Origin: Takakia lepidozioides
Taxonomy: Eukaryota; Plantae; Bryophyta
Assembly (NCBI GenBank): GCA_030704615.1
Contig: CM060734.1
Coordinates: forward strand, 4,340,001 to 4,404,000
Direction of reading: 5' to 3'
DNA length: 64,000 nt
The translations under genes were made by a program, and so were the position numbers. Below are positions 11,614-22,912 of this stretch, one piece after another; position 1 is the first letter of the stretch, and each line of letters opens with the position of its first letter. The notes below the pieces were generated by a model. It ran no database searches. It saw only the letters and a program-made list of their open reading frames with translations, and had not been told where the DNA came from.

Positions 11614-13700
11614 TGGTACCCTGAGAGCAAGTATGTTATGATCATCAGTCGTGATGATTCAATGAGTCCAGGAACTTTCACCAGGAAATAGCGTAATTCC
11701 AAGTTTGGACCATGAAAAAGAGAACTTGGCTCTAACTCATGAAGATAAAATGGAAGAAGAGATTGTTGAGGAGATTGTTGAGGTTCAGATGGAGGAGGTA
11801 CAATCTCCGATGATTGAAAAAACCCTCAAAGATATCTTCTGTCTATTTCATTGACAGTGATGAATCTCAAAGTGTCTCAGATGCACTTAGGAGTGAGAGG
11901 TCTTCACATTGGAAGTAAATTATGGCCTCTGAGTTTCAATCTCTTCAAGATAATAAGACTCGAAGGCTTGTTAAACTTCCACATGGACGGCAGTCTTTTG
12001 GCTGCACATGGATTTTCAAAATTAAGTGCAATGCAGATGGTTTTGTAGCAAGGCACAAAACTCTTTTGGTTGCAAAGGGGTTTCACAAATTGAAGGTATG
12101 GATTACGATAAACCATTCTCCCATGTTGCACGGATAGAATCAATTCGAATGATTCTTGCATTTGATGCCGTTGAAAATCTTGAGGTACATCAGATGGATA
12201 TATGTATAGCCTTTCTCAATAGAGATCTTATGGAGGAGATATGCATGGACCAGCCAGAGGGATTTGCTGTAGAGAGGAAAGAGATGAATGTGTGTAAACT
12301 CTTCAAGTCCTTGTATGGTTTGAAGCAATCCCCTAGGGCGTGGAATGACAAGATTGATACATATTTCATGGCTGAAGAGTTTGAGAGGAGCTTTGCTGAT
12401 TATAGTGTTTACTGTAAGAGGACTCATGGAAACTCTTCTGTGATCAACCTTGTATATTGATGATCTGATCTTGGTCTCTAATGACTTGACTCTGTTGAAA
12501 CACATACAAAGTGTCAATATCTCAGTGAGTGTGAGATAGTGGTTGTGTGGTCATAACAGTGTATGTTGATGATCTGATCTTGGTCTTTAATGACTTGGCT
12601 CTGTTGAAATACATATAGAGTGATATCTCAAAGGAGTTTGAGATAGTGGATCTGAAAGAGATTCTGTGATCATGTGTTGATCAGACTTTGTTGAAAAAGA
12701 CAAAGTGATATCTCAAAGAAGTTTGAGATGGTGGATCTGAAAGAGATCCTGTGATCATGTGTTGATCAGGCTTTGTTGAAAAAGACAAAATGATATCTCA
12801 AAGAAGTTTGAAATGGTGGATCTGAAAGAGATCGAGTACTGCTTGGGGGTATCGGTATCTCGTGTTCGACAAGACCGAGCGATTTACTTGAACCAGCGTA
12901 AGTATCTTGAAGATATCTTAAGGCGCTTTGGTATGGCTGAAAGTATTTCGTAGAAATGTTGCGCTCATTACCGTGGACTCAAGCTGTGTTTACGAGGTGT
13001 TTTGGATTGATAAGAGGCCGTGATGGCGACGCGCCAATTAGCTACTCATTCTTTCATATGTTTCAATTTTTCTTGTGACTTTGAGCAATGGCATCTGATT
13101 TGTTGAATGCGTTGGACTCTGAGAGAGAGTTGGGCATAATCTGAAGGTCTTTGTGTTTGTTCACGAGAGGGGAGCTACGGCAGGTTTCCTGAAGACTCTA
13201 CTTTCTCACAAGCCCTATTGCATACTGTGAGATTTCACAAGAGAGAGGAGTCGTGGCAGGCTGTGCATTCTAGTTGTTTACGAGTCTTATTGCACATTCC
13301 TGTTTTTTACGAGACAGAGAGGAGCCACGGCAGGGTTGCACACTATGCTTGTTGACGAGAGAGGAGGGGTTGTTCAGGAGAGAGGGGAGCTACATCAGGT
13401 TTCCTGAAGACTCTAGATACTTTCTCACGAGCCCTATTGCACACTGTGAGGATTTCACAAGAGAGAGGAGTCGCGGCAGGTTTTGCACTCTAGTTGTTTA
13501 CGAGTCTTATTGCACATTCCTGTTTTTTAAGAGAGAGAGAGGAGCCCGGCAGGGCTGCACACTGTGGTTGTTCACGAGCCCTCTTATACAACTCTTTCTT
13601 TTTCACGAAAGAAAAGAGCCACGCCATGTTTGCACACTCTGGTTTACATGAGTACCATTGCACGTTTTGCGAGATGTTCAAGAGAGAGAGAAAGCAAACC
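11614..13700 (+). mobile_element. Ty1/copia retrotransposon, 3' half (end of SH3-like region, RT, repetitive 3' region), degenerate
   Basis: WYPESKYVMIISRD; MASEFQSLQDNKT; WIFKIK...VAKG; HQMDI...LYGLKQSPRAW; YIDDL/YVDDL duplicated at ~12452 and ~12561; tandem duplications at 12622-12835 and 13160-13570. Confidence 0.9.
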
Positions 13701-14744
13701 CCCCTCTTGGAGTGAACCTGATGGTCTTGGATTATCTCAACTCTATAACCTCTTCTTACTCTCTTCTTACTGTAGAAGTTGTATCGTGCACAATGCATTT
13801 GTTTCCAACAAATCCTGAGGAAGGGAAGAACCCTAAACTAGTGTTTGAATGTGAACCTTTGCCTTATTATTGCATCGATTGTCCCACATATGGTGACTTC
13901 ATTTTGTATAGAGTTCCGTTGCATGAACATCCATGGGGATTCAAGATGTTGATGTTCAGTCTGGACATGAGAGGTGCTAACTTCAAAGATTGGACTGTGT
14001 GTGTGAGAAAGGTTGGGGATGACCTACTGTCCTATGTAAGTCTAGGGGGATGGTGGTTTCTAAGTGACAACTCCGATCACATTGACATGGTGCAGCAGCT
14101 AAGCTAAATTTCTTTTGTATGTGATTACAAAAATTAGGTTTTGAGTGCTATTATAATCTTGTAGGTGATTTTTCGGCATTTATCAATAATCTTATGAAGT
14201 GATGGGTCTGTTCTATTATCCTGTATAGGTTTGACATTGGCTCATGTACTAAAAAGAGTGTCACGGACCTCCAAGTGTCTGCCAAGATTGACTAAGTTTC
14301 CATAAACTTTGGCCTTTTTTGCTTGCTTGAATGGGTAATAAGAAAAACCCTCATAGGAGGGATGGCCTTGTGAGACCTGGGCCTAGACAACGAGCTAAAC
14401 TAAAAGCTGCATTGCTAGCTGGAGGTGAGGGTTCTTCTGCTGCCAAAGCAGAAGATGTACGGAGAGTGGCACAGGCAAAAGAAAATCTAGGGGGAGGATA
14501 AAAAATTGTATGTTAGGCATCATGTACTGATATTGGTGGTCAGGCATCGGGTTAGCAATGTTTTGAATGACTGGGAGTGTAGAAGAATGGTGGCAAAGAT
14601 GGCTGACCTGTGCTATGAGCAATTGCGTGAGTGTCTCTCCCAGCAACATGTAATGGAGACTTTTCTGGGTCACGATCTTATCAAGCTGAGCCTACCTGAT
14701 TACGAGGCCTAGTTTTTGGGCAAAAAGATGTCCTCCCCCATGTC

Positions 14745-16858
14745 ACAGACTGGAAACAAGTTTAGGGAAGTTTTCTGCCTAACTTCATTTTCATCAAACA
14801 ATTTCATGAGCAGACATGGCTTTGGACACTACAACCTCTAAGTCAGATTTATCCAGCAGGGTCAAGACTTGCGGATCCAGATCCAGGTCCTTGAGGCCAA
14901 GATATAGAGTCGATTAACTTAGGATATCTGGTGTTGGACATGTGTTGCAGCTGACCCCACCATCTGACCTTGAATTCATCTCGTCGGGAGCTTAAGGACG
15001 GAATGCCAAACTCACCCCGAACAGTCACATTGGCTGTTTTGGAGCATGCTGACATACACTCCTTAAGCACCCCCACTTGAATGGATTCTAGAGACTTAGC
15101 CTGGTTGGAGTTATCAACCCATATTGCAGATCCATACTCCAAGGCAGGTTTAATAATGCGACAAAGCATGGTTTTCTTAACCTCAGAGTTGACCTTCTGC
15201 AGTGGAAAAATTTAGTAAGCCCCAGGGCTTTGCCCTTGCCAGTTTGAACTACTTTCCGGATATGTGCATCCCAATTACAATTGGAGGAAAACTCAACGCC
15301 TAGGTAAGTGTAGGAAAGGAGGACGAGGATCTCTTGGCTACCCCACTACCACTAAAGATCACTTCGTCCCTCTCCTCTGTCGTTGAATGCTACCACTGCA
15401 CATTTGCTGACGTTAGCCTCTAGCCCCCAAAGATCAAAGTATCTCTTCGCGCAATCAATCAACTCCTGGAGATTGGTTGGGGTCTCCCCTATGCCTGCAA
15501 AATCATCCGCAAATATAAGGGCTGGTATGGTGGTATCACCAACCCTTAACCCAAATCCCTCACTTTCCACATCCTCGAGGAGTTGATTGATGAAAACATT
15601 GAAGAGTAGAGGAGAGAGAGTACATCCTTGAGCTACACCTTGGTCTATATCAAAGAAGTTGAACTTCTGTCCATTAACAGTGACACAACATTTGGTGTGA
15701 GCATACAAGTTGTGGACAACTCTCTACCTCTTTCCCTTGATCCCACAAGACCAGAGGCGGAACCATAGGCCATTTCTTCACACTTTGTCATAAGCCTTTT
15801 TGACATCCAGGAAAAAAACATAAGTGGGTTTCCCTTCTTTTTTCCTTCCCTAGATAATCTGGCTTAGAGTGAAGATATGATCCACACAGCCCCTGTTCGG
15901 CGAAAGCCAGCTTGGCCTTCGTGGAAACAACCTCTAGATTCCAGATCAACCTCGAGACGAGTACTTATAACGGGTAGATGCAGACTACATTGGCTCAGTT
16001 TGGACTGCAATTTGCAGTTTTTGACTGACTACTTGTCATATTATTCTTCACCCTATACACATAAGTATACATTCATAGCAAATGGACTTAAAATGGGTTA
16101 GCCACTTTCCGTATGTACATGTGGGTACAATTATTTTGGAATTTGGATGAAATCTCATGAAGCTATGGACTTTTGTAGGGAATTCCAATGGACTGTCACA
16201 GTCCATCTAATGTCCCAAATGCCATGTGAAAAACCTATTTGTGCAAAACCAATTCATATATGGACTTTACAACTAGATACACAATGTTTGAATAGACACA
16301 AATATAAATTTGTGAACAATTCCATCCGTCCATCAAGACACTATGGACTTTTTGGTACCCAAAAAACCCCCAAAATGACGATTTGTCCATAGCATTTTGA
16401 AAAACTCATATTTGGGTGGAGATCTTTGCTAAGAATATATATATTGTTATTGTCTCTAGGAGCTTATTGTTATATGGACAAATTTCATAAACTACAAGAT
16501 AATAATAAATAGCTATTATTTCTAAATAAAGAAAAATATTTAAAAAAATATGATAAAAAATATCTCAAATATTTGGGATGAGACCATTTACTAAATAAAA
16601 TTAGTATACCATTACCTATGAAGATAAAAATATATTGAACAAATATCCTTAAATACAAATTTAATTAATTTTTTCTCATGGACTTTCAGTGGAGGGCACA
16701 TCTGCAGCTTTTGAGCCAGTGTAGTCTGCACTTACCCTAACTCTGCAAAATGTCTTGCCAACAACATTGAGGTGCATGATGCCACGGTAGTTTCCTGGAT
16801 CTTCTCTGTCACCCTTGTTGTATAGATTGACAATGACCCCCTGTCGCCAGCGAAAGGG
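14745..16858 (-). mobile_element. RTEX/RTE-like LINE, 3' half (RT and part of the C-terminus), interrupted by a MITE
   Basis: PFRWRQGVIVNLYNKGDREDPGNYRGI (16858-16740); QAGFR, AQGCTLSPLLFNVFIN, LIFADD, PALEYGSAIW (15970-14745); near-identical to 59920-62400. Confidence 0.9.
15972..16737. mobile_element. PIF/Harbinger (Tourist-like) MITE inserted in the LINE RT
   Basis: ~26-bp TIRs GGGTAGATGCAGACTACATTGGCTCA and TGAGCCAGTGTAGTCTGCACTTACCC; TAA(C) duplicated at 15968 and 16738; removing it restores the LINE frame FCRVISTRLEV. Confidence 0.85.
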
Positions 16859-17372
16859 CACGGACCTATAACCGCGGACCGAACAGGCAGAAGGGGGCCT
16901 ATAGCCGCGGACTTGCGCATTCGGCACATAGGGAACCATATGTGGGCGACGAGGCGAAGTGAAGAAGAGAGCTTATACTGAATGTTGCTGAATGATTGTG
17001 TTTGCAGAGACCGAATATAAAAGAATGGTTGTGGATGAATTAATAAGGATGAAGGAGAGTCAATGTGGATGGCACGCTCCGAATATGTATGAATGTAAAT
17101 GAAAAGTTGTGGATGAATATGGATGAAATATCGTGCATGAATGAGAGTGGATGAATGTTGAACGAGGATGTCATTATAACATTTATCTGAACCAAGCACA
17201 ACGATCAATGTCGTTTGCACAAACATCACAAATTGGAGAAAATCCCTCATAAAGCACATGATAAAATTTAATCAATGTCTGCCATTGGGGAAAGGTAGAC
17301 TGATGAAAGCAACATAGAATAAGACAACACAGCAGACGTGAGACAGATCTTTGATTCTTTGATTTTCTCCCA

Positions 17373-17785
17373 CTAGTTACTGCAACATTCCACTGTGCAA
17401 CACGCTCCACTTTCGTTTGCCTCTTCAGTGTCGACACATTGTGAGCCATTTCAGCACCATACTTCCTGCAACACACCACATCACCACCCTAAACTGGCAC
17501 TCGATTGAAAATGCGACCTAGTTGCCTTGCCAGTGAGGTACAATCTGCTCATCTCTCCTGAGAGAGCACTGAAATTTTCAAGCTTATTCATTAGTTGTAA
17601 GCATACCCATTAGTTGTAACAAACATATTAGAAGATGAATTTGGCTACCGGTTGTGCATGAGGAGGAGTTCTAGGTCTTTCATATTGTGCACCAAAAATT
17701 TGACGAAACCACTAGGCAGCACATGTTTTGTCTTCTTGTTTGACCCATAACCAATGTTAGGCATCAGTTTGGCGCCCTTGAACAT
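17373..17785 (-). pseudogene. RPL32: 60S ribosomal protein L32 (eL32) gene fragment with its intron retained
   Basis: [49 protein letters not shown] intron 17648-17466, then KYGAEMAHNVSTLKRQTKVERVAQWNVAVTS; the N-terminal ~45 aa and the normal C-terminus are missing. Confidence 0.9.
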
Positions 17786-18417
17786 ATGAGGCTGAGCATG
17801 CATGTTAACTTTGCTCATGCAGCTTTCTAGAATAATGTGAAATCCAGACTGTAATGAACAACTGCTTGGAGTACATTGTTGTCAATGCATACAAGCCATG
17901 AACTGTGCATTGACAGCCAACAAACAGGCAATCATGATTAACAATTGAGAACAAGCAAAATGTGATACCATCCTACAACTATATTACCACGAACCCACTT
18001 TCCAATGCAGCCATGGTATTATAAAGTTGCGTAGGGACACAAAATGTGTCACACTCGCGGCTCGCCACGTCACCACAAAAAAAAAAAAAAAATGAAGTTT
18101 GCATTTCAGTCACTACAACTATCCCCCGAACTGGGGCGCTATCATCGATAAAAACCCGAGCTCTGAGGTGCCTGTTGGGCTTCCGAGCAGGCCGACAGGC
18201 AGTTGGGAGAGACATCGTGATACTCCGCGTAGTCAGGGAGGATGTTTGAACGAGGAGGGCTGCACCACAAGTCACTCTGAAGAACAGAGACGTCGTGCAA
18301 AGGAATAGTTTACAATATCCTGCCACCCAAATTACATGTACTGCATTAGCTAATGTGAAAGACAAGGGGGGGAGGGGGCTGCAACATGGGAAGCAAACAC
18401 CAAACGAATTTACTCAC

Positions 18418-19216
18418 ATGTGAAATCGTCGTCGAGGTCCTTGTCGTCTCCCTCGTTGATATCAACATGCACTACAGCCTCCTGCTCTTTGGCGGCAGGC
18501 ATTGGCCCTTGCAACTCTTGGAGGAGGTCAATAAAAATGGCCGCATCCCCTTCCATACCCAACAAATGTCGGCCCGCTGCGTTGCAAGCATGGTACGAGG
18601 CTCCTGCAAGACACAGTTGTGTTACTAAGATGTTACAAATTGTGTATTAAGGGAAAAAAGACCACAGAAGGAGAGATGTCAAACCTGTTCCAAGAGTCAG
18701 GTCGACGATGCGCGCCCCCGGATGGGAACATGTCTCAATAATAGTTTGAAAAAAAACTGGGCTCTTCTCCTTGGCCCCTCTCTATGGTGTTCCATTCGAC
18801 TTTCTCAAACAGACATTCGAATCCACATAATTGTAGTGCATATCGTCGACCACTGAATCAAACTTCTCGTTCATGAAACAAGCTCCCCCATGAAGCCTGC
18901 ACTCCTTCACTGCAACAGGAGTCAAAGAAGGGTGCACCCTGACGAGGCAGATGGCTTCAAAAAGGCGGGTCTGCACGGAAGCCAACACGAAGCACAAATG
19001 AGCGAATGCATACGAAATGACAAAAAAACAGTGCAACTCCACCCCTTCAAAATTGAGTGCATTGACACACTCAATTCTGGAGGGGTGAACAGAAAAATGA
19101 AATGAAGCAGACAAGAGAAGAATGCTACCATTTATCGGAGTGGATGATTACCATTTGTCCCGGACAGTCCCCCTTCGTCAGGTATAAGCTGTTGACACCA
19201 TTTTTAGCATTCTTGG
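18418..19216 (-). pseudogene. Spliced beta-class (N6_N4_Mtase-like) DNA amino-methyltransferase gene, C-terminal SAM-binding part
   Basis: GT-AG exons 19216-19152, 18970-18685 and 18603-18418 join in frame: ...NSLYLTKGDCPGQM|TRLFEAICLVR...NGTP*RGAKEKSPVFFQTIIETCSHPGARIVDLTLGT|GASYHACNAAGRHLLGMEGDAAIF. This fits the pattern KPxxLxxxLIxxxSxxGDxVLDPFxGSGTTxxAxxxxGRxxxGxExD. One stop at 18782-18784 (probably TGG>TAG). Catalytic motif IV was not found. Confidence 0.75.
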
Positions 19217-19541
19217 CTGCAAACAGGCATGTCCATACAGACACCAAAAGAGGAATCCCCACCCCCCCCCAAAAAAAAACCCGGAAGCTAATCTCAATGG
19301 AAGGACAAACAAAAAAATAGGTATCAGACCCTCTGAAACTGAGTGCATCAACACACTCAGTTCTGAAGGGTTTTGATTTGCCCAGTGGAAGTAAGCAGGC
19401 CCAGACAGGCAGCAAACATGAACTACCATCCAAAACCAGAAGCATGACTCAAGGGGGACGAACCACAGCTGCGCTTGTGGCCCTCTGAAACTGTGTGCGT
19501 CAACGCACTCAGTTTTGGAGGGCCACAAGTGGAAAAATTAA

Positions 19542-19572
<31 letters not shown>

Positions 19573-19656
19573 CTCCCTCCTTCCTGCCTAGAACTGAGTG
19601 CGTCAACGCACCCAATATCTTCACTCATAAATGAGCTCCGTAAACGCACTCAGTTT
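19051..19656. repeat. Five dispersed ~26-bp palindromes, consensus AACTGAGTGCGTCAACGCACTCAGTT
   Basis: Copies at 19051-19076, 19337-19362, 19489-19514 (extends to a ~56-bp hairpin, 19474-19529), 19592-19616 and 19631-19656. Confidence 0.85.
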
Positions 19657-19699
19657 CTCGACACCAGCTGTGAAGGGTTCTCTTCAACCTCTTTGTGCA

Positions 19700-20336
19700 C
19701 AATGGATACACACAAAGAGTTCATGGTGTGGCCGGTTTCAAGAGTGAGTTACGGGGAATTGACTGGAACACTTTCAATATTGCACGTGTTGAGTTCCCGC
19801 TGGAGACATTTGATGGGGATATCTTCTTTGAGCTGCCTCCACCTGGGCGAGTTGGAGCTATTTCAAGTCTAATGCGAGGCCCATGGACACCCATGGTGTA
19901 GAACAAAACATCCAATATTCAAAATCATAATAAGCTCGTATTCAGGAGAACGGTTTGCAATGGGCACCTAAGGTGCGAGAATTTGAATTGCAGGCATTTC
20001 CTTCTCCCTGGAGTTCAGAACCAGAGCGAATGGGAGGGTGTCACGGACAACCCATTCAAGCCTGGGGAAAGACCTCCAAGCACCAACCCATTCTAAAGAT
20101 CAACATGTCCATTGAGGAGATGGCGGACATGCCTACAATCTGGCGGAGATAGTGCACAATGCATGGTTGCAGCAATCTGGAAAACGAGGAAGAGATTTGT
20201 ATGTGGCGACGGCCGATGATCTGACATGTGCTCTGCAGCAACAAACCAGATACCAAGATACTTGCGGGGTGGGATTGGTGGCACGGGTCCCGACAAGAGT
20301 AAGTTGATGTTGCGAGCTGCAAAGAGGTCGGAGGAT
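19700..20336 (+). pseudogene. Mutator-like transposase, N-terminal half (GCM/WRKY-like zinc domain and DDE Glu motif), internally deleted
   Basis: IDWNTFNIARVEF...FDGDIFFELPP...HGHPWC..TSNIQN...FRRTVCNGHLRCENLNCRHF...SEWEG; then NLAEIVHNAWLQQSGKRGRDLYVATADD (MULE-type NxxExxHN) and YLRGGIGGTGPDKSKLMLRAAKRSED, which continues at 11613 on the minus strand. Confidence 0.7.
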
Positions 20337-22260
20337 TTCTTTTGGAACATCATGAACAAAAACAATACAACTAAAGACTCGCAAATGGTCACTTGAAGGT
20401 TTCTCACCCTTCCAAACCTCTTTAGATGTTTTTTTGCAGAGATTGCCTTATTAAAAAGTCGATTACGGAGATATGCTGTAGTTGCCACTACACCGCCATC
20501 ACACCGAAGTGTTTTGATCTTTTTTCCCAGTTTGATTCTCCACCAAAGCTTTGAATGTTTTGAATCTATCGAGAATTCCAAACTTGTTTTGCATCGTGTA
20601 AAGAAATATTTTACTGGAAAAATCATCAATGAAGGTCAGAAATACTTTGCACCTCCATGAGATTCAGTTGACATATGACGGCATAAATCAATATGCACCA
20701 GCTCAAGAACCTTATTTGTTCGAGAACCTCCATCTTTTGGAAATGAGTTGCGATGGTGTTTACCATTACATATCCGTCACACAAAACTCAAGACCCGATC
20801 TCCTATAAGATCCATTCCTTCAACCAGATTGTTAGCTGATATGAATGCCAAACTTTGCATTGAGACATGTCTAAGTTTCTGATGCCTGAGGTCACTCTGC
20901 TTAAGAGTAGTATTACAATCCGCATGTAAAGCCTAGACAGCCCCAACCAGCTTGTACAATCTTGCATCTTGCACTACGTCCTCAGCTCAACCAACAATGG
21001 CTGAAAGAAACCTCAACCATAAGACCTTGTTCAGGTAGTTGACTAACTGACAATAGATTCTTTGTCAATCACATAACATGTTCAATATCTTTTGACACTC
21101 CAAATGATAATTGAAACACAACAGTATTTTTTCCATGGATATCAAGACTAATACTGTTGTCTCCAAGATACACCTTGTGTCCCACAAAGAGTTCTTTGAA
21201 GGTTGATAATGCTTCCCTTTGGAACGTCATATGTTTAGATGCTCCTAAATCAATGATTCACCACACATCTCTCCAACTCGTAGAGATTGACAAAGCTACC
21301 ACAAGAAATTCAGTTTTGTCAGCCATAATTGCCGCCGAAACTTCACTCTGTAACTTCTCATTCTTCTCATCGTCTAACTTTTTCCTTGAAGCATAATGAC
21401 CTCTTATGCCACGGGTATGCCACAAAAGAAACAAACTTTGTGTTTCTTTTTTCCCAACTTAACTTCATTCCTTCATCTTACAATTCTTGATTAAGATAGA
21501 GCCGATTGACGACATGCTTTCTTTCAAAACTGACACATAGATTGGTCTATGCTTCTCTAGCAGTTTTAGCATGTGCAACATGATGAAGTATTGAATTAGC
21601 CACATTCAACTACATAGTTCATCGAGCTAACTTATCTTTTTTCTCAAAAAGTCGTTGCTCAGGAGTGATTTCTGTGGCTATGATCTCTCCATCTTCAGGC
21701 TGTGCTAGAATTGGTGCAACCGCTTATCCTGATGCGATCTCCCACAGATCTTTCTCATGAAGAATGAACTCCATCTTAACTTTTCATATATGAAAATTGT
21801 GACCATCTAACTTCTCCACTCAGGTATGATTAGCAGAAGATGCCATGATAATAGTTTGATGCTTTGCCAAGTAGAAAACACCCTCAAACTTTCAGATCTA
21901 ACACCAAACACTCAAGCCTATAGGTTGTAAATCAAATACTCATCTCCCTCTATCTCTTAGACAAAACCTCGCTCTGATACCATGTTGGAATTCGACAGAG
22001 AATAGAGATAAAAGATGAATTGATTACTGAGAACGCTCCACCCAACCATAGGACCACAACAAGTTGTGTGTCCACCCTCCGAGCTCTCCCTATTTATACT
22101 CAAAGTCTAATCCAGAAATAGCTGAGATAACTATAGCATAACTCCAGTTATTCCCACCTGCTATTCTGGTACACTGACTTGAGTCACTAATAACAGAAAC
22201 TAACTTTAGCTAACTGAAGCTTCTTTCATTTTCTAAACATCTAAACATCAGACCGTAACA
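20337..22260 (-). mobile_element. Ty1/copia retrotransposon, 5' half: 5' LTR (22260-21983), PBS, degenerate gag-PR-IN
   Basis: LTR with TG...CA ends; tRNA-iMet PBS TGGTATCAGAGC at 21982-21971; EKLDGHNFHI, LTFIDDFS, FKTFKALVENQTG, HLRVFSCIVFVHDVPKE. Confidence 0.9.
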
Positions 22261-22912
22261 ATTTGATTCTAAGTATTTCAATCTATTTTTTCTTTCTGCT
22301 GTAATCAATTAAGAAAGTCTGATTATAGGCAACATTGTCAAAAACTGCGGAAGATGTACAGAAATATTGGAAGAGGTTAAGCGAGATCATGAGAGACTGG
22401 AAAACTCTAAAAGATTGTAAAAGACTTTGAAAAGACAATAACAGATTGAAAGCAACAGAATGAAAAATTATGAAAGACTATAGAAATTCACAGATAAAGA
22501 TTGTATGAGTTCGTTGTGAAGTTAACATACCTATATATACTCTCTAAGATAATACTATTGAATATAAATATAAAAAATAATCATCTCTACCAACTTTATT
22601 TATTAATATAAAAATATAGTTTGTAGTAGCTATGATAGTTAAGAAAACTGAATATTAATCACATACCCATAATGAATTTAAAGTAACCGACAAAATTTCA
22701 ATGGTTGCATGTCACATGTAGCATTCCTTACAAAGACTTGATAGAATATATGGGTTGTCATTATTTATTACAATTTTTTTTAAATTTAACAATAAATATC
22801 ATCATAATTGTTCTTCTGACACACCCATATCTTTATTGCAAATGAAGCTTTAGATCCATAAGACTTTAAAGCCGCTCTCAAAAACCCATAAAGCGAAAAA
22901 AAAAAAGAAAAG

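Noticed and set aside
17183-17900. KDZ-type transposase C-terminus
   Set aside because: Spliced translation clearly gives ribosomal protein L32.
19051-19656. CRISPR array (palindromes with unique spacers)
   Set aside because: Spacer lengths are very irregular (15-260 bp), one spacer includes a coding exon, and there are no cas genes.
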